Positions 28,061 to 39,187 of a stretch of 64,000 nucleotides of DNA are shown here, in pieces. Origin of the DNA: an uncultured Chloroflexia bacterium (lineage in GTDB: Bacteria > Chloroflexota > Limnocylindria > Limnocylindrales > CSP1-4); NCBI GenBank assembly GCA_963741085.1, contig CAVUGM010000004.1, positions 141,988 to 205,987 on the forward strand, read 5' to 3'. How positions within the stretch are numbered: the stretch's first letter is position 1; each line of letters opens with the position of its first letter. The translations under genes were made by a program, and so were the position numbers. Below the pieces are notes generated by a model, which worked only from the letters and a program-made list of their open reading frames with translations, did no database searches and had not been told where the DNA came from.

Positions 28061-30745
28061 CTACTTCGTCGCGGACGGGTCGACGACCCGGCCCATGAAC
28101 AGGACCGCACCGGTCGCGACGTCGCGCAGGACGAACAGGAATGGGTGGTCCAGGCGGAGCGTGATCGTCTTGAGCGGACTCGGTCCGCCACCGGTGCTCA
28201 TGCCGACGGCGGTTGCCGCTGCGGCTTCGGTGCCCTTCTCGTCGACGTCGATATTGGCCTGGTGCACGACCTTGCTGATGTAGATGCCATCGCCGGATGA
28301 CCGGGGGACGTGGATCCCCGCGAAGTCGGCGCCCTCGGGCTGGAAGGCGAGCGGCATGCCGGCCGACGCCAGGACCTTGTTGAGCACCGTGCGGGTCTCG
28401 ATCCGGAAACGAGGCATCGACAGCTCCAGGTCGTACGGGTAGCAGCCGCCCATCCCCCAGCCACTGGGACACGCGAGCCCGCCCTCCCATCCCCGTCGCT
28501 CACGGTCGAGGGCCGCGGTGATCGAGGCAAGTCGGGCCGGCGTCAGGCCGCGTTCGAAGGAGGCGAGGCTCGTCGGCATGATGAGCGTCATCGCGAGCGG
28601 CTTCCCGCCCTCCGGGCTCATGTACCGGAGCTCGGTGGCCTGCCAGCCGCTGCCCCTGGAATACGGGGCGACCGTGTCGAACCCGAAGTGCCCGACCATC
28701 GTCGGTACCGAGACGCGGCTGCCATCCAGGCGTGTGAAGGTCCGCGACGCGGTCTCCTCGATCTCGAACCATTTCTCCCACATTGCCTTGAGGTAGACCG
28801 CGTTGACCAGGTAGAGCCGTGTGTCGGTCGTCACGTCCGGGGCCAGGAGGAGCTCCGGGATCCGGCCACCGGTCTTCGACTTCACCCAGCTGTTGATCGT
28901 CCGCCGTGCCCCATCCGGGTTCCGGATGTAGTCGACAAGGCGCAGGCCGGCACCGAACGTGGCGGCGACCTGGTCGAGGTAGCCCTGCACGATCGGCCAA
29001 CCTGCCTGGGCCCACGTGCCGTTCGCCAGGGCCAGCGTCTGCTGGCGGGCGGTGCCGTCTGGGTCCTTCCAGGCCACGTTCCGAGATTCCAGCTCCTGCG
29101 TCAGCGCGTTGAGGCCGGGTCCGAGGGCATTCCAGCCCGGCGTGTGCAGGACCGCGTCCATCTGCGTGGCCGTCGCGCCTTTCGACCCGGCGCGGGCCAT
29201 CCCCAGGGCGACGACGACGCTCGTGGGTGAGAAGACGGCGTTCCTCTTCGCATCCAGGGTGCCGTCGGCCAGCATCCGCCTGTACAGGTCGAGGCCGAAG
29301 GCGGTGATCGAGGCGGACGCCTTCCTGGCGTCGGCCGGGTTCGCCGTCGCCCGCGGGCTGTTCGAGCGGGCCAGGGTTGCCGGCTGCTTCACCGGCGGCG
29401 GGAAGGATGCGAGGTTGCCGGGGACGTACCGGACGGCCGCAGCGACGGGCTCGGGGCACCAGGGCGTGCTCGGCTCGCCGACATAGCCGGCGTCGCCGCC
29501 GACGAGGAGGAGCGTGCGATCCGGAAGCGTGACGAACGTGCCGCCCTCGCGCGGCTGCGCCAGCGGCGCCGCCGGCGACCACGTAGCGGTCGCGGGGTCG
29601 TACAGCGACGCCTCGACGAGCGCTGGGCCAGTACCCGGGTTGTCACTGCTGCCGACCCGCCCTATCCCGCCGGCGACGAACACCCGCCCGTCTCCGAGGA
29701 GCGTGGCGCTCGCGTTCGAGGCCGGTGCAGGCATCGCAGCCACCTGGACCCAGGTCCCGCCCGTGTCGAGCGGGTCGAAGCGGTCGGCAGCCGCGGTGAC
29801 CTCTCCGTCCACGGTGCCGCCGGCGACGAGCGCGCCGCCTCCCGGCAGCGCCGCCAGGACGAAGTCACGGCGCGGCGCAAGCATGCCGCCGGCCGCCGTC
29901 CAGGCTCCCGTCGACGGGTCGTAGATCTCGGCGGACGCCAGCGGGTCGCCGGACGGGCCCTCGCCGCCCACGACGAGCACTCGTCCATCAGAGAGCGTGG
30001 TGGACCGCGGGCCGCTCCGGGCCGTCGTCATGGACCCGGTCTCCGACCACGACCCCGTCTCCGGGTCGTAGAGTTCGGCGCTCGCGAGGACGCGGCTGGC
30101 GGTCGCGTCCACGTAGGCGCCACCCGCAACGAGCACGGTTCCGTCGGGAAGAAGTGCCGCGGTCGGCTCTGTCCGGGCGACGTTCAAAAGCCCGCTCGCC
30201 GTCCACGCGCCGGCCTTCGGATCGTAGAGCTTCGTGCTCGAGTAGGAGCCGAACGCCCCTTCGGCGGGGCTGGCCGAGGTGAGCCCGCCGACAACGAGGA
30301 CCCGCCCGTCGGGCAGGCCCACCGCGACGAAATCGGTGCGCGGTGCGTTGAGGCTGCCGGTTGCCTTGGAGGTCCGGGCGGGCGGGTCCAGGACCTCGGC
30401 CTGGACGCTGTCGTCCCAGGCTCCGCCGGGGGTGCAGATGTTGTCGTTGCCGACGATGAGGACGCGGCCGTCGGCGAGCGTCACCGCGTGCGCGCTCGCG
30501 CGCCCGAGGGCGAGCGCGCCGGCCGCCTGCCAGCGGCCTTCCGCCACGGGCGCGGTCGGGGTGACCGTGCCCGGGGTCGAATTCGGAGATGGCGATGCCG
30601 GGGTCGCGGCGGGAGTGGAAGGTGGCGGTGGCGCCGACGCCGAGGCCGGCGGGAAGGGTGATGTCGGCGTCGAGCCGCAGCCGGCGACGATGATCGCGAT
30701 CGCGATGGCTGAGAGCGTCCTGCGCGGGCCGAGGCGCTGCATCAT
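28061..30745 (-). CDS. Lipoprotein: Kelch beta-propeller fused to a serpin
   Basis: Lipobox IVAGC; repeats LxDGRVLxxGG..AELYDP; serpin FSPTS, LVNAVYLKAMW, DVDEKGTEAAAAT, DHPFLFVL. Confidence 0.9.
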   Translation of the reverse strand: MMQRLGPRRTLSAIAIAIIVAGCGSTPTSPFPPASASAPPPPSTPAATPASPSPNSTPGTVTPTAPVAEGRWQAAGALALGRASAHAVTLADGRVLIVGNDNICTPGGAWDDSVQAEVLDPPARTSKATGSLNAPRTDFVAVGLPDGRVLVVGGLTSASPAEGAFGSYSSTKLYDPKAGAWTASGLLNVARTEPTAALLPDGTVLVAGGAYVDATASRVLASAELYDPETGSWSETGSMTTARSGPRSTTLSDGRVLVVGGEGPSGDPLASAEIYDPSTGAWTAAGGMLAPRRDFVLAALPGGGALVAGGTVDGEVTAAADRFDPLDTGGTWVQVAAMPAPASNASATLLGDGRVFVAGGIGRVGSSDNPGTGPALVEASLYDPATATWSPAAPLAQPREGGTFVTLPDRTLLLVGGDAGYVGEPSTPWCPEPVAAAVRYVPGNLASFPPPVKQPATLARSNSPRATANPADARKASASITAFGLDLYRRMLADGTLDAKRNAVFSPTSVVVALGMARAGSKGATATQMDAVLHTPGWNALGPGLNALTQELESRNVAWKDPDGTARQQTLALANGTWAQAGWPIVQGYLDQVAATFGAGLRLVDYIRNPDGARRTINSWVKSKTGGRIPELLLAPDVTTDTRLYLVNAVYLKAMWEKWFEIEETASRTFTRLDGSRVSVPTMVGHFGFDTVAPYSRGSGWQATELRYMSPEGGKPLAMTLIMPTSLASFERGLTPARLASITAALDRERRGWEGGLACPSGWGMGGCYPYDLELSMPRFRIETRTVLNKVLASAGMPLAFQPEGADFAGIHVPRSSGDGIYISKVVHQANIDVDEKGTEAAAATAVGMSTGGGPSPLKTITLRLDHPFLFVLRDVATGAVLFMGRVVDPSATK

Positions 30746-30869
30746 GGCCTCCCATGCGACGTCCGCGACGATTGCGATCGCGGCAGCGCCGAGTACCCGT
30801 CAGACGCACGCCGGGCCGCCGGTGTTACCAGCCCGACCTGCGGCCCCGCGATGCGCGGCGGCGGGACTC

Positions 30870-32216
30870 TTACGCCGAGACCCTCTCCAGGACGGCCGGC
30901 GCCGGGACGACCGGCGCATCCGCGATGGTCACCGCGGCTCGGACCTCGGCCGCGGCCACTTCGGCCTGGGACGCCGTTCGAGCATGCACGAGGCAGACCG
31001 GCCGGTCGGGTCCCACCTCTGCGCCGATCGGCGCGAAGTGGCTGAAGCCGACCGCGTGGTCGATCGCCTGGTCGGCGCGCGTGCGCCCGCCGCCCATGCC
31101 GACGATGGCGAGGCCGATCGCGCGTACGTCTTCCGCGACCACGAATCCGGGACGAGACGGGACGACCGGCAGGCTGACCTCGGGCAGCGGCAGGTGCACG
31201 TCCGCGCGGTCCAGGATGTCGATCGGCCCGCCGAGTGCGGCGACCATCCGCCCGAACCGCTCGGCGGCCTCGCCGGAGGCGAGAGCCCGTTCGCAGGCGG
31301 CACGGGCCTCGGCGATCGTCGCGAGCAGGCCGCCGGTGACGAGGAGCTCCGCCGAGAGCGACATCGTCACCTCGTGCAGGCGCGGCTCGCGGCCAGTGAT
31401 TGCCTTCGGGCCCGCGCGCTCCTCGCCGACCAGGTATGCGATCGCCTCGCGGACCTCGACGGCGTTGCCGGCCGTCGTCCCCCGCACCTCGTTCATGTCG
31501 GTCAGGAGCGCCGTCGTGCGGCAACCTGCCCCATTCGCGACCCCGACGATGTCCACCGCGAGCGCCCGCGCTTCCTCCTCGGTTCCCATGAAGGCGCCGC
31601 TGCCAAACGTCACGTCCTGCACGAGGCCGGCCAGTCCGGCGGCCAGCTTCTTGGACAGGATCGACGACGTGATGAGGGGGACGCTCTCGACCGTCGCCGT
31701 CACGTCGCGGATGGCGTAGAGCCGCCGATCGGCCGGGGCGAGGTGGCTCGTCTGGCCGATGATCGCACAGCCGACCTCGCTTACGACCCGCCGGAAGAGG
31801 TCATTGTCTGGCGCGGTCGTGTAGCCGGGGATGGCGTCGAGCTTGTCGAGCGTGCCGCCGGAGTGGCCGAGGCCACGCCCGCTGATCATCGGCACCGCCC
31901 CGCCGCAGGAGGCAACGATCGGGGCGAGCATCAGCGACACCTTGTCGCCGACACCGCCCGTGGAGTGCTTGTCCAGCGCCGGCCCCGGGAGGTCAGCCGC
32001 GGACCAGTCGAGGACGGTCCCCGAGTCGCGCATCGCCCGGGTGAGCGCGACGACCTCGCGGCGTGTCATGCCCCGGAAGAAGACTGCCATCGCGAAGGCG
32101 GCGACCTGGCCCTCGGTGATCGAGCCGTCGGTCAGGCCCGCGACGAAGAACGCGATCTCCTCGTCGCTCAGGGCCCGGCCGTCGCGCTTGTGCCGGACAA
32201 CCTCCTGGGGCAGCAC
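30870..32216 (-). CDS. deoA: Thymidine/pyrimidine-nucleoside phosphorylase
   Basis: [43 protein letters not shown]. Confidence 0.93.
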   Translation of the reverse strand: MLPQEVVRHKRDGRALSDEEIAFFVAGLTDGSITEGQVAAFAMAVFFRGMTRREVVALTRAMRDSGTVLDWSAADLPGPALDKHSTGGVGDKVSLMLAPIVASCGGAVPMISGRGLGHSGGTLDKLDAIPGYTTAPDNDLFRRVVSEVGCAIIGQTSHLAPADRRLYAIRDVTATVESVPLITSSILSKKLAAGLAGLVQDVTFGSGAFMGTEEEARALAVDIVGVANGAGCRTTALLTDMNEVRGTTAGNAVEVREAIAYLVGEERAGPKAITGREPRLHEVTMSLSAELLVTGGLLATIAEARAACERALASGEAAERFGRMVAALGGPIDILDRADVHLPLPEVSLPVVPSRPGFVVAEDVRAIGLAIVGMGGGRTRADQAIDHAVGFSHFAPIGAEVGPDRPVCLVHARTASQAEVAAAEVRAAVTIADAPVVPAPAVLERVSA

Positions 32217-32219
32217 GGC

Positions 32220-33094
32220 CTAATCCTCCCCAGGACCGGGGGTCACGGGACCGTCGGGCGCGCCGGCGAACGAACCCACGAACGCGCGCACGAGGCGCGT
32301 CAGGTCCTCGGCCGCCATTGCCGCCCCGCGCAGCGTCTGCTCGTGGTCGATCGGCTCGCTGCTCATCCCGACGGCGAGATTCGTGATCGCGCTGATCGCT
32401 GCCACGCGAATCCCGGCGTGGCGCGCGACGATCACCTCGGGCACTGTCGACATGCCGACGGCGTCCGCGCCGAGTACGCGATAGGCGCGAATCTCGGCAG
32501 GCGTCTCGAAGAGCGGGCCGAGCAGCGAGCAGTAGACGCCCTCGTGGAGGCGGATGCCGAGGTCGCCGGCGATCCGCAGCAGGCGCGCGCGGAGCTCCGG
32601 GTCGTAGGCGTCCTCGAGGCCGACGAAGCGCTCGCCCCACTCGTCGTCGTTGGGTCCCACGAGGGGGTTCGTCCAGGCGAAGTTGAGGTGGTCGGTGATC
32701 AGCATCAGGCTGCCCGGCCCCGCCTCCGCGCGCAGCGACCCCGCCGCGTTCGTCAGCAGGAGCGCCTCGACCCCCAGCGCCGCGAAGGTCCGCACGGGGA
32801 GCTTGATCACTCCCGGGGCGTGCCCCTCGTACAGGTGGAAGCGACCCTGCATGCAGGCAATCGGGACGCCTTCGAGAGCGCCGAGGACGAAGCGGCCGGC
32901 ATGCCCGGGCACGGTCGACGTCGGGAAGCCGGGAATCTCCGCGTAGGGGACCGCGACGGGGTCCTCGAGCACGTCCGCGAGCCCACCCAGCCCCGAGCCG
33001 AGGACGATCCCGAGGCGCGGCCGGAAGCCCGGGAGCGCGCTCGCGGAGGACGTCCGCGGCCAGGCTGCGCGGGATCGAGTCCCGTGTGGCTCAT
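32220..33094 (-). CDS. punA: Purine-nucleoside phosphorylase, trimeric type (frameshift near 5' end)
   Basis: VPGHAG, QGRFHLYEG, TNAAG, FETPAE, VGMSTVPE. Confidence 0.9.
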
Positions 33095-33504
33095 CGGGCG
33101 ACCTCCTTGCCGAGGTGCTCGGGTCCGAAGCTCAACGGGAGGAGCTCGCCGAGCGTCAGCGTCCGGATGACGCCGCTCAGCCCTGCGAGGTGGATCGGAA
33201 CATCGAGCGCGGCGAACTCGCGCAGCCGCTGGCGACAGGCGCCGCAGGGCGACGGGAGACCGAGCCGCTCGTCCGCCACCACCAGCACCTCCGCGATGCG
33301 GCGGCCGCCCGCCGCCACCATGACCCCGATCGCCGACGCCTCGGCGCACTGGGACTGGGGGTAGGCCGCGTTCTCCACGTTGGCGGCGACGTGGATCAGG
33401 CCACCATCGTCGCGCAGCGCCGCCCCGACGAGATACCTCGAGTAGGGGGCGTAGGCGCGCTCGCGGACCGCCAGTGCGGCGGGGTAGAGGTCGTCGGCGG
33501 ACAT
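33091..33504 (-). CDS. cdd: Cytidine deaminase, tetrameric type
   Basis: AYAPYS..VGAAL, NVENAAY, CAE, PCGACRQ. Confidence 0.93.
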   Translation of the reverse strand: MSADDLYPAALAVRERAYAPYSRYLVGAALRDDGGLIHVAANVENAAYPQSQCAEASAIGVMVAAGGRRIAEVLVVADERLGLPSPCGACRQRLREFAALDVPIHLAGLSGVIRTLTLGELLPLSFGPEHLGKEVAR

Positions 33505-33623
33505 CGGCAGGCCTCCTCCGGACTCGCTCGGGCCCGCACGGCCCGAGGGGCGCCACTGTAGCGCGGTCGCCCGGCTCGGTGCGGGCCGGGGGCGCCCATA
33601 CGCCCGGAAGCGTGGACGGGCGA

Positions 33624-33653
33624 TTGACGGAATTGGCCTGCCGGGCCCATACT
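33624..33653 (+). promoter_or_regulatory. Promoter of tRNA-fMet
   Basis: TTGACG, 18 bp, CATACT, 5 nt before the tRNA. Confidence 0.55.
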
Positions 33654-33658
33654 TCTGG

Positions 33659-33733
33659 CGCGGGGTGGAGCAGCGGCAGCTCGTCGGGCTCATAACCCGA
33701 AGGTCAAGGGTTCGAATCCCTTCCCCGCAACCA
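33659..33733 (+). tRNA. Initiator tRNA-fMet(CAT)
   Basis: C1:A72 mismatch, anticodon arm tcggg-ctCATaa-cccga with three G-C pairs, T arm GGTTCGAATCC, CCA. Confidence 0.95.
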
Positions 33734-33751
33734 AGCCGTTTATCGACGTCG

Positions 33752-33780
33752 AGAACCCCGGTCCGCCCGCCGGGGTTCTT
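33752..33780 (+). terminator. Intrinsic terminator hairpin after tRNA-fMet
   Basis: agaaccccgg / ccggggttct perfect 10-bp stem. Confidence 0.7.
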
Positions 33781-33842
33781 GCTCGTCTGGAGCGCAGACG
33801 AGGGCGAACGTCGGGCGGCGGCATCTCCGGCGGCGGGGCGTC

Positions 33843-34493
33843 CTAGAGGACCGCGCGTCCCCTGGCCATCCCCGGCTGCATCTCGGTGGCGGCGACGATG
33901 TGGCGCCGGTTCAGCAGGGCGAACTCGTAGCGCGAGATGATCCGTCGATCCGCGAGCGACCGGGTCCGGACGTCCGTCATGGGGATCCAGTGCGGCGACG
34001 GCGACTCGATGAAGGACGCCAGGACGGCCTCCGTGTTCAGGTAGACCTCACCGCTGAGGGTGTGGCCCGGCGTGACCACGACCAGGGTGTAGGTCCGCCT
34101 CTCCTGCCAGTCCGCCGGCGTGCTCGGCTGGGAGACCTCCGCCTGCTGGCCGATGAGGGTCACCTCCTCGGGGCTCACCCAGATGCTTGGGGCGGTCACC
34201 TTCGTGGGGTCGCCGTTGCGCCGCAGGATCGTCACGCCATCGAGGCGGATCAGCCCCTCGTGGTTGTTGACGAAGTCGGAGAGGCGGCGGTGGAACCCGA
34301 TCTGGACCGAACCGGAGAGCCGGAGGTGCTGGCCCACCAGCTCGATCGGCAGGCCTTCGCTCTCGGACAGGCCGACCTCGCGCGGCGCCTCGTCGAGGAC
34401 GAGGGCCTCGAGGTAGGTGGCTGCGTCGCCGTCGACGAGCCCCGCGGCATCGTCGATCGCGCCCGCGTCGGGAGTATCGGCTGGCTCGACCAT
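33843..34493 (-). CDS. Hypothetical protein with two tandem beta-rich domains (DUF6812-like)
   Basis: Two similar halves: LRLSGSVQI..RRLSDFVN and HTLSGEVYL..LASFIE..LLNRRHI. Confidence 0.6.
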   Translation of the reverse strand: MVEPADTPDAGAIDDAAGLVDGDAATYLEALVLDEAPREVGLSESEGLPIELVGQHLRLSGSVQIGFHRRLSDFVNNHEGLIRLDGVTILRRNGDPTKVTAPSIWVSPEEVTLIGQQAEVSQPSTPADWQERRTYTLVVVTPGHTLSGEVYLNTEAVLASFIESPSPHWIPMTDVRTRSLADRRIISRYEFALLNRRHIVAATEMQPGMARGRAVL

Positions 34494-34726
34494 GGCCTGA
34501 GCGTACACCGTCACGCCCGCAGGGTTGCCGGCCCGGAGGTCCCACGGGCGGGGTCCATGCGTCCCCCGGCACGGTTGACAGCCTGCGGATATCGATCCTG
34601 GCGACGGCGGCCCCCGCGTCAGCCGCGTGACGAATGCCGGGCTCGCTGAACTTCGGTACGATCGAAGCGCCACAGGACAAAACGCCGGTCGTGATCGCGG
34701 CGCCGCCGAGACCAGGAGGACCCACC

Positions 34727-36669
34727 ATGACCCGTACCCGGCGCGGACGAGCCTCCGCACGAATCCTGGTGGGCGTGGTCGCCGTCGCGGCCTTCCTTCT
34801 GCCGCTCGTGCCCGCCGGCCTCGCCGCTCCGTCCGGAACGGTGAGCGGGACACTTCTCGTCCCGGCGGCGCTTTCACCGGCCGCGGTCGCCGTCGTGACG
34901 ATCCTCGACCAGGGCGCCGCAGCCACCGAGCCGATCATCGTGGGACAGCAGCGCTCTCCCGCCTCGGGCGTCGCCCCGGCCGCGGGGAGCTCGCCGACCG
35001 CAGCCTCGACGTCGGTCCCGTTCGCGGTCCGCTACGACGCCGCCCTGATCAACCCGACACGGCCCTACGTGCTCTACGCCGCCATCGTGGATGGAGCGGC
35101 CACCTACCTGAGCTCCGAGCCGGTGCCGGTCATCACCGGCGGCCCGGAGTCGGGCATCGCCGTGCCGATGGTCCTTCGCCCCGACGGGCCCGCCAGCGTG
35201 AAGGTCACCGTCGTCAAGAAAGACAAGACTGCCCTGACCCCGGACGCGGTCGTCCAGGCCGGAGTCGCGAAGGTCGGCAGCGGGCGCATCGCCAGCCGCG
35301 ACCTGGTCGTGTCGACACCCCAGGCGGCCGTGCAGGCGCCGGTGACCCTCGAGATCCCGTACGATCCGGCGCTCGTGGACCCGACCGCCCATTACGTGAT
35401 GAAGGCGGCCATCGTCGACGGCGGTTCCGTGTGGGAGACGCTGATCGCGGTGCCCGTGGTTCCGGGCTCGACGGACCCGATCACGGTCGAGGTGACCCTG
35501 CTGCCGGCGAAGCTGCCCACGATCACGCCCAGCCCGGCTCCCACGGTTGCTCCGACGACTGCTCCCACGGCGGCGCCTACCTCGACGCCGAAGCCGACCG
35601 CGGCGCCCACCGCGACGCCGAAGCCGACCGCGGTGCCCACCGCGACGCCAACGCCGACCCCGACTCCAACGCCCGACCCCGACGCCGGTCGCCAACGCCC
35701 ACCCCGACGCCGGTCGCTACTCCCACTCCGACGCCGACCTCGACCCCGACCACGACGCCTTCGGCGAGCCCGAGCCCGAGCCCGAGCGCGAGCCAGGCCG
35801 CGAGCGCCAGCCCCTCCGCCGCTCCCACCGCTGCGCCGACACCGGCGCCGACCTCGGGCACGATCACCGGGACCCTCGTCTACGCCGAGCCGGCGAAGCT
35901 GTCCGGCGGGGCGAAGGCCGTTGTCGCGCTCCTCGACGAGGGGAACCGGAGCTCCGTCTCGGTCATCGCCAGCGAGGTCGTCGCGACCCCCGGGCAGCAG
36001 CCGGTCGCGTTCTCGCTCCAGTACGCGACTGCGAGCATCGACCCCGCCAAGACCTACACGATCCGGGCCGCGATCATCGACGGCGACAACGCCTGGGTCT
36101 CCGCGAAGGGCGTCCCGGTCATCACCAACGGCGCTCCGACCAGCGGCCTGGTGGTGCCGCTCACGTATCGCCCGGACCTGCTGCTCGGTGACGTGACCGG
36201 CACCCTGACGGGCGTCGACGGGACCCTGGGCGGCGGCGCCTCCTCGGTGACGATGGTCGTCGACCCGACGACCGGCGCGGTGCTCGGCTTCGACGCCCGC
36301 CCGCAGGCCGGAGCCAGCGCGCCCATCCCGTTCCAGGTCCCGTTCAACGTGGCCGACGTCAAGGCCGACGCTCCCTATGTCGTCACGGGCGAGGTGACCG
36401 ACGGCGACAAGTCATGGCAGACCACCACGCCGCCGCGCGTGATCACGGGCGGCAACCCGTTCTCCGGGGTGGAAGTTCCGCTGGCGGCGGTCGCGACCCC
36501 GACGCCGGCACCCACGCCGACCCCGACGCCGGCCGCCACGCCGGTCCCGGTGCCCGAGGGGAACGGTGGAGGTGGCGCCCCGTGGCTCGCGCTGCTCGTG
36601 GTGGCGCTCGTCGTCGGAGGGATCGCCGCGGTCATCTACGCGCGACGGCGCACGCCTCCCCCGGCCTGA
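34727..36669 (+). CDS. Secreted surface protein with four YbaY-like domains, Pro/Thr linkers and C-terminal membrane anchor (frameshift near 35680)
   Basis: RBS aggagg, signal peptide; four PVxF..YD..I.P...Y..A.I.DG-like units; C-terminal TM + RRR. Confidence 0.75.
35525..35855 (+). repeat. Low-complexity Pro/Thr/Ala/Ser linker repeats
   Basis: Repeated ccgacg/cccacc/agcccg encoding PTAAPT, TPTP, SPSP. Confidence 0.7.
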
Positions 36670-36730
36670 CCCGGCGGGGACAGTGGTCTCGGCGATACCG
36701 GGGCCCGCTCCGGCGGACGGCTGAGGGAGC

Positions 36731-37537
36731 CTACTCCCAGCGGAAGGTGCGGGCGGTCAGGATTCCCATTCCGACCGCCCAGGCGACCAGGACGACGAGG
36801 GGCTGGACGACGTCGCCCGTGCTCGCCCCCAGGCTGATCCGCAGCAGGTCTGCGAGAGCCGCAGTCGGCAGCAGCGAGGCCAGCGCGCCGAGCAGGCCGG
36901 GCAGCTGGTGCCCCGGCACGAGCAGGCCGCCGAGCAGCAGCGCCAGCAGGAAGAGCGCGTTCGTGATGGCCATCGTGGTCTCGGCGCGCAGCGTGCCCGC
37001 GAAGAAGAGACCCATCGCGCTGAACGTCGCCGTGCCGAGAACGACTGCCGCCACCACGACGAGGGGATCCCATCCCGGTCCGGGGGTCCAGCCGAAGAGG
37101 GCGACCGCCAGGCCGACGAGTAGCAGCGCCTGGACAGCCTCGACGACGACGATCGTGCCGATCTTGCCGGCGAGCAGCTGGCCCCTGGTCAGCGGCGAGG
37201 CGCCCAGGCGCTTGAGCACGCCGTACGAGCGCTCGAAGCCCGTCGAGATCCCGAGGTTCACGAGCCCGGCGGCGACGATGGCGGTGGCCAGGACCGCCGG
37301 CAGGACGCCGTCGATGGGCTGGGCGCCCGGCACAGCCGTCGCTGCGTCGGGCAGGATCTTGACCGACCCGAAGAAGACGAGGAGGACCGCCGGCAGCACG
37401 AGTGTCACGAAGAGGTTCTCGGGCCGGCGGAGCGTCAGGCGCAGCTCCATCTCCAGCATCGCGGCAACGCGCGCCGGGACCGAGGAAGGACGCCCGTCGC
37501 CCGGGCGCAGGATGTCGGCCGTCGCCCTCGTGGTCAT
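36731..37537 (-). CDS. ABC-2 type permease
   Basis: ELRLTLRRPENL, FERSYGVLKRLGASPL, six TM segments. Confidence 0.88.
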   Translation of the reverse strand: MTTRATADILRPGDGRPSSVPARVAAMLEMELRLTLRRPENLFVTLVLPAVLLVFFGSVKILPDAATAVPGAQPIDGVLPAVLATAIVAAGLVNLGISTGFERSYGVLKRLGASPLTRGQLLAGKIGTIVVVEAVQALLLVGLAVALFGWTPGPGWDPLVVVAAVVLGTATFSAMGLFFAGTLRAETTMAITNALFLLALLLGGLLVPGHQLPGLLGALASLLPTAALADLLRISLGASTGDVVQPLVVLVAWAVGMGILTARTFRWE

Positions 37538-38635
37538 GGCGGCCCTCCACCAGCCCCGATCCCGGCCCCACCGGCCGCGCTCGTCTCGCCGTGGCCCTCG
37601 TCGGGCATGGCCTCGTCTACCGGTTCGGCGATGAGCTCGAGGAAGCGCTCCTCGAGCGTCCCGCCTGTCGTGTGCAGCTCGGCCAGGAGGAGCCCGCGCT
37701 CCGCGCACCAGGCGGCCAGCCTGGCGACGGTCGCCGGGTCCGGCATTCGCCCCGACCAGGCGGTGCCTGCCGGTGGACCCGTCCGGCCCGATCGTGCCGC
37801 CGAGCACGCTCCCGAGGGTGTCGAGGTCCGCCGCGTCCAGGTGGGCGGCGTGGCCGCCCGTCGTCGCCAACCGGAAGCGGAGCACGAGGCCTGCGCCCGC
37901 GACCAGCTCCGCCGGCGTGCCTGCCGCGAGCACGCGGCCGCGGTCGATCACCACGACGTGGTCGGCCAGGCGCTCGACATCGGCCAGCTCGTGGGTGGTG
38001 AGCAGGATCGTCCGCCCGGCTGCGCGCAGGTCGGCGATCAGCTCCCGCACCATCGCCTTCGCGGCGGGGTCCATGCCCGCCGTCGGCTCGTCGAGGATGA
38101 GCAGCTCGGGGCGGCCGACAAGGGCCATCGCGAGCGCCAGCCGCTGCTTCTCGCCACCCGAGAGGAGCTTGTAGCGCCGCGTCGACGCGGTGGTCAGCCC
38201 GAGCAGATCGAGGAGGGCATCGGGATCGGCGGGGTCGGCGAAGAGGCGCGCGTGAAGGCGAACGAGCTCGCCCGGCCGGCCCTGGGGCGTGATCCCGCCC
38301 TGCTGCAACATGACCCCGACCCGTGGCCGGAGAGCCGCCCCGTCATGCTGCGGGTCCAATCCGAGCACCCGGACCTCGCCGGCGTCGGGTCGCCGGTATC
38401 CCTCGAGGATCTCGACCGTGGTCGTCTTGCCGGCGCCATTCGGGCCCAGCAGCGCGACGAGCGAGCCGCGCTCGACGTCGAGGTCCAGGCCGTCGAGGAC
38501 CGTCTGTCCCCCGTACCGCTTGCGGAGTCCGCGCACGGTGATCGCCGGTGGCTTGCCCTCGGTGGCAATTGCGGCGGCGCCCACCGTGGCCAGGGCGGCG
38601 CCCGACCCGATGGCCACGGCATGGCCGGCCCTCAC
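37534..38635 (-). CDS. ABC transporter ATP-binding protein (frameshift near 37746)
   Basis: GPNGAGKTT, LSGGEKQR, ILDEPTAGMDP, TLEERFLEL. Confidence 0.88.
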
Positions 38636-39187
38636 TGAAGAACCGACTTCAGCAGCTGGTCGAGCTCGGCGGCGTCGCGAACCTGGCCCACCTGGACGTC
38701 GCGAATGATGCCGTCGCGGTCGACGAAGAAGGTCTGGGGCGGCGCAAGAACCTTCCACGCGGCGCCGATGGCGCGATCGGGGTCGGTCGACGGTCGCCCA
38801 GGTCGCCTTCTGCTCCGACACGAAGGATCGGGCAGGGGAAACGTCGTCCTTGTAGAGAGCCCCCACGACCACCAGCCCATCGGCGGCGTGGCGCGCGGCG
38901 GCCGCCTGGAGGAGCGGGAACTCGTCGCGGCACGGGCCGCACCAGCTCGCCCAGAAGTTCACGAGCACGGGAGATCCCTTCAGCGAGGCGAGGTCGAAGT
39001 GGCTGCCGTCCAGTGTCGTGCCGGCGAGCGCCGGCGCCGGCTTTCCGATGAGCGGCGACCCGATCGTGATGATGCCCGGAGACGCGCCCGGGGCCGTGGC
39101 GCTCGAGGACGTTGCTCCTCCGCCGCAGGCGGCCAGGGCGACGGCGACGGCGAGCAGGACGGCAACCCGCCGGGAGGTGGCATGCAT
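38632..39187 (-). CDS. TlpA/ResA-type thiol:disulfide oxidoreductase lipoprotein (frameshift near 38785)
   Basis: Lipobox LAAC, VNFWASWCGPC, PPQTFFVDRDG. Confidence 0.88.

Noticed and set aside
36731-39187. 818-aa TlpA-ABC ATPase-permease triple fusion
   Set aside because: Created by two compensating frameshifts; the proper C-termini with stops and coupled starts are in other frames (38632, 37534)
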